Shown here: piece after piece, positions 62,553 through 64,000 of the stretch
Numbering within the stretch: the stretch's first letter is position 1
Layout of the letters: each line of letters begins with the position of its first letter
From: a virus
Strand: one strand, 5' to 3'
Virus record (IMG/VR): IMGVR_UViG_3300037313_001714
Location: 32,001-96,000 of that record
DNA length: 64,000 bases
Made by a program: the position numbers and the translations under genes
Notes under the pieces: generated by a model
What the model saw: only the letters and a program-made list of their open reading frames with translations
Database searches by the model: none
Told to the model about the DNA's origin: nothing

Positions 62553-64000
62553 TCAGCGCTTGACGCCCTGCACCAGCACGCTGGCGATCGAAATGCTGGC
62601 CTGCGAGCTGGCCGCGAGGAAGGTCAGGTAGGCCACCACGGTGCCGGGGCCCAGCCGGATGTAGCCCGAGGGGTTGATGTTGATCATGCCGTTGCCAGTC
62701 TGCTGGCACAGCACCAAGCCCTGGATCGAGGGCGTCTGCGACCCCGGCGGGTAGTAGTCCAGTCGCAGGTTGACCGTCACCGGGATGAAGCCCGAGCCGT
62801 AGCCGATCTCGCCCACCGCCGAGATCACCAGGCCGACGTCCGGCACGTTCGGCGGCAGGCTGAGGTCGAGGCTGTTCACCACCACGATCTGCTCGAAACC
62901 GTTGCCGTAGAAGGCGCCGCCAATCGTGGCATAGCTCGGGATGATGACGGCATTGCCCTGGATCTTCTCGGTGAGCACTGCCAGGTCGCCGATGCGCGCG
63001 CTGTTGATCGCCGCGTCGCCGATGATGGCGTTGTTCATGCACACGGTGGGCACGCCGTTGACGAAACCGACCACGAACGGCGTGACGGCCGGCGAGCCCG
63101 GGTAGGTGGGCATCGCCACGAAGAAGGTCTCGGCCTGCACGCCGAACGCCGAGTGGCCCTGCTTGGGGTCGTAGGCGTCGGGTGTGATGGCCAGCCCGAA
63201 GCCGGAGGCAAGCAGCCGGCCGTCGGCCGAGTTGTAGCCGATCTTGACGGTGTACTCGTTCTGCAGGTTCTGGATCTGCGCCGTCTGGTCGGCCGCCAGC
63301 CCGATCGTGGTCTGCAGGTCGGTGGTGAGCTTGGTCTTGTCCAGGATGCCGTCCTGGATCGCCTGCACGTTCAGGTAGGTGGTCTTGAACGCGATCGCGC
63401 CGGAAGGCTGCAGCTCGGTCAGGCCGAACTGGTCGTAGGCGGCCACCCGCACCCAATAGTTCGAGTTGAACATCAGGTTGTTCAGGACCACCTGCGTGCC
63501 CGAGCCGCGGTACACCTCGTACAGCGTGCCCAGCAGCGCCGTGTAGTCGCCGGCGATCAGGGTGCCGTCGGCGTCGGTGAGGAACACCACCAGGCCGGCG
63601 AAGTCCGCATCGTCGCTGTGCTGGATGTTCACGACCGCCGTCTCCCAGTCGGGCGTCACCTGCATACCGGTGATGGTCGGCGGCGGGTTGTAGGCGGTGA
63701 GCAGCGCCGGCTCGCCGAGGTTGTTGAAGATGTCGCGCATGCGGATGCGAAAGCGCAGCCGGCGCGTGATGCCGTCCTCGGCGTTCTTGCCGTAGGTGTA
63801 GACGTAGCCGTTGACCGTGGTGTACTCGACGCGGCGCGGCGCGGCCGCGGGGTCGTCGTCGTAGTGCCAGACCTCGATCTGGTAGTCCTTGAAGTGCGGA
63901 TCGAGCGCGCCGGCGTTGGCGCCCACGTTGTCCGGTTCGCTGCCGAAGTCGTAGCTGTGGGTGACCGAGTTGTAGCGCCAGGCCAGGTGGCAGTCCGGTC
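62553..64000 (-). CDS. Partial central tail fibre / host-specificity protein J-like (5' end outside window)
   Basis: FnIII-like repeats (Y.VRVAAYDQFG); EYTVKI...ASGFGL...FGVQAE.F...PFVV...MNNAIIGDAAINSARIG (DUF1983-like). Confidence 0.85.
   Translation of the reverse strand, partial: PDCHLAWRYNSVTHSYDFGSEPDNVGANAGALDPHFKDYQIEVWHYDDDPAAAPRRVEYTTVNGYVYTYGKNAEDGITRRLRFRIRMRDIFNNLGEPALLTAYNPPPTITGMQVTPDWETAVVNIQHSDDADFAGLVVFLTDADGTLIAGDYTALLGTLYEVYRGSGTQVVLNNLMFNSNYWVRVAAYDQFGLTELQPSGAIAFKTTYLNVQAIQDGILDKTKLTTDLQTTIGLAADQTAQIQNLQNEYTVKIGYNSADGRLLASGFGLAITPDAYDPKQGHSAFGVQAETFFVAMPTYPGSPAVTPFVVGFVNGVPTVCMNNAIIGDAAINSARIGDLAVLTEKIQGNAVIIPSYATIGGAFYGNGFEQIVVVNSLDLSLPPNVPDVGLVISAVGEIGYGSGFIPVTVNLRLDYYPPGSQTPSIQGLVLCQQTGNGMININPSGYIRLGPGTVVAYLTFLAASSQASISIASVLVQGVKR

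Larger units (their letters stand above)
1..64000. mobile_element. Segment of a large temperate tailed phage (SSU5/pHCM2-like gene content), attP configuration
   Basis: Contiguous phage replication, recombination, integrase, lysis and tail modules; no host housekeeping flank; att core lies internally between phage genes. Confidence 0.9.

Noticed and set aside
50157-64000. Diversity-generating retroelement acting on tail fibres
   Set aside because: No reverse transcriptase and no TR/VR pair differing at adenines was seen. The repeats are ordinary tandem coding repeats.
1-64000. Plasmid replicon or host chromosome boundary
   Set aside because: No repA, iterons, parAB or host housekeeping genes were recognised in the window, so a phage-plasmid lifestyle cannot be claimed from this segment.

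Overview
The whole 64 kb window is one continuous piece of a large, GC-rich (about two-thirds GC by eye) temperate tailed phage. Its gene set resembles SSU5/pHCM2-type phage-plasmids: DnaE, RecA, SbcCD, RuvC, 5'-3' exonuclease, gp32-like SSB, DnaB, primase, ligase, MoxR-AAA/vWA 'CobS/CobT' pair, PhoH and a tyrosine integrase. The host is probably a Betaproteobacterium (inference from GC content and the tRNA-Pro att sequence). No host housekeeping flank is visible. The att core (3' half of tRNA-Pro(GGG), 36275-36322) lies mid-window with phage genes on both sides, so this is the attP (unintegrated) configuration. Almost all genes are on the minus strand. Left to right: small early/accessory ORFs; a divergent pair of exported enzymes (zincin-like and GH12 lipoprotein); nucleotide metabolism (dut, thyX, class II RNR); recombination/replication; sigma-like and XRE regulators; att-int-xis; kinase/ligase/primase/helicase; lysis cassette; tail genes. 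Most notable observations: (1) a 2023-aa tail-region protein carrying a GH5 barrel with a second complete clan GH-A barrel nested inside it, plus a C-terminal GH8 domain; (2) about 25 copies of a 16-bp palindrome AAGTCA-N4-TGACTT in two distinct promoter geometries; (3) an unannotated tRNA-like RNA with tRNA-Sec-type 8/5 fold and a possible UCC anticodon between the SSB and exonuclease genes; (4) six unrelated small proteins ending in [W/F/S]-G-x-F; (5) a phage Hfq/Sm-like protein; (6) DnaE fused to a family-4 UDG-like domain. All family calls come from motif recognition by eye. No database searches were run.
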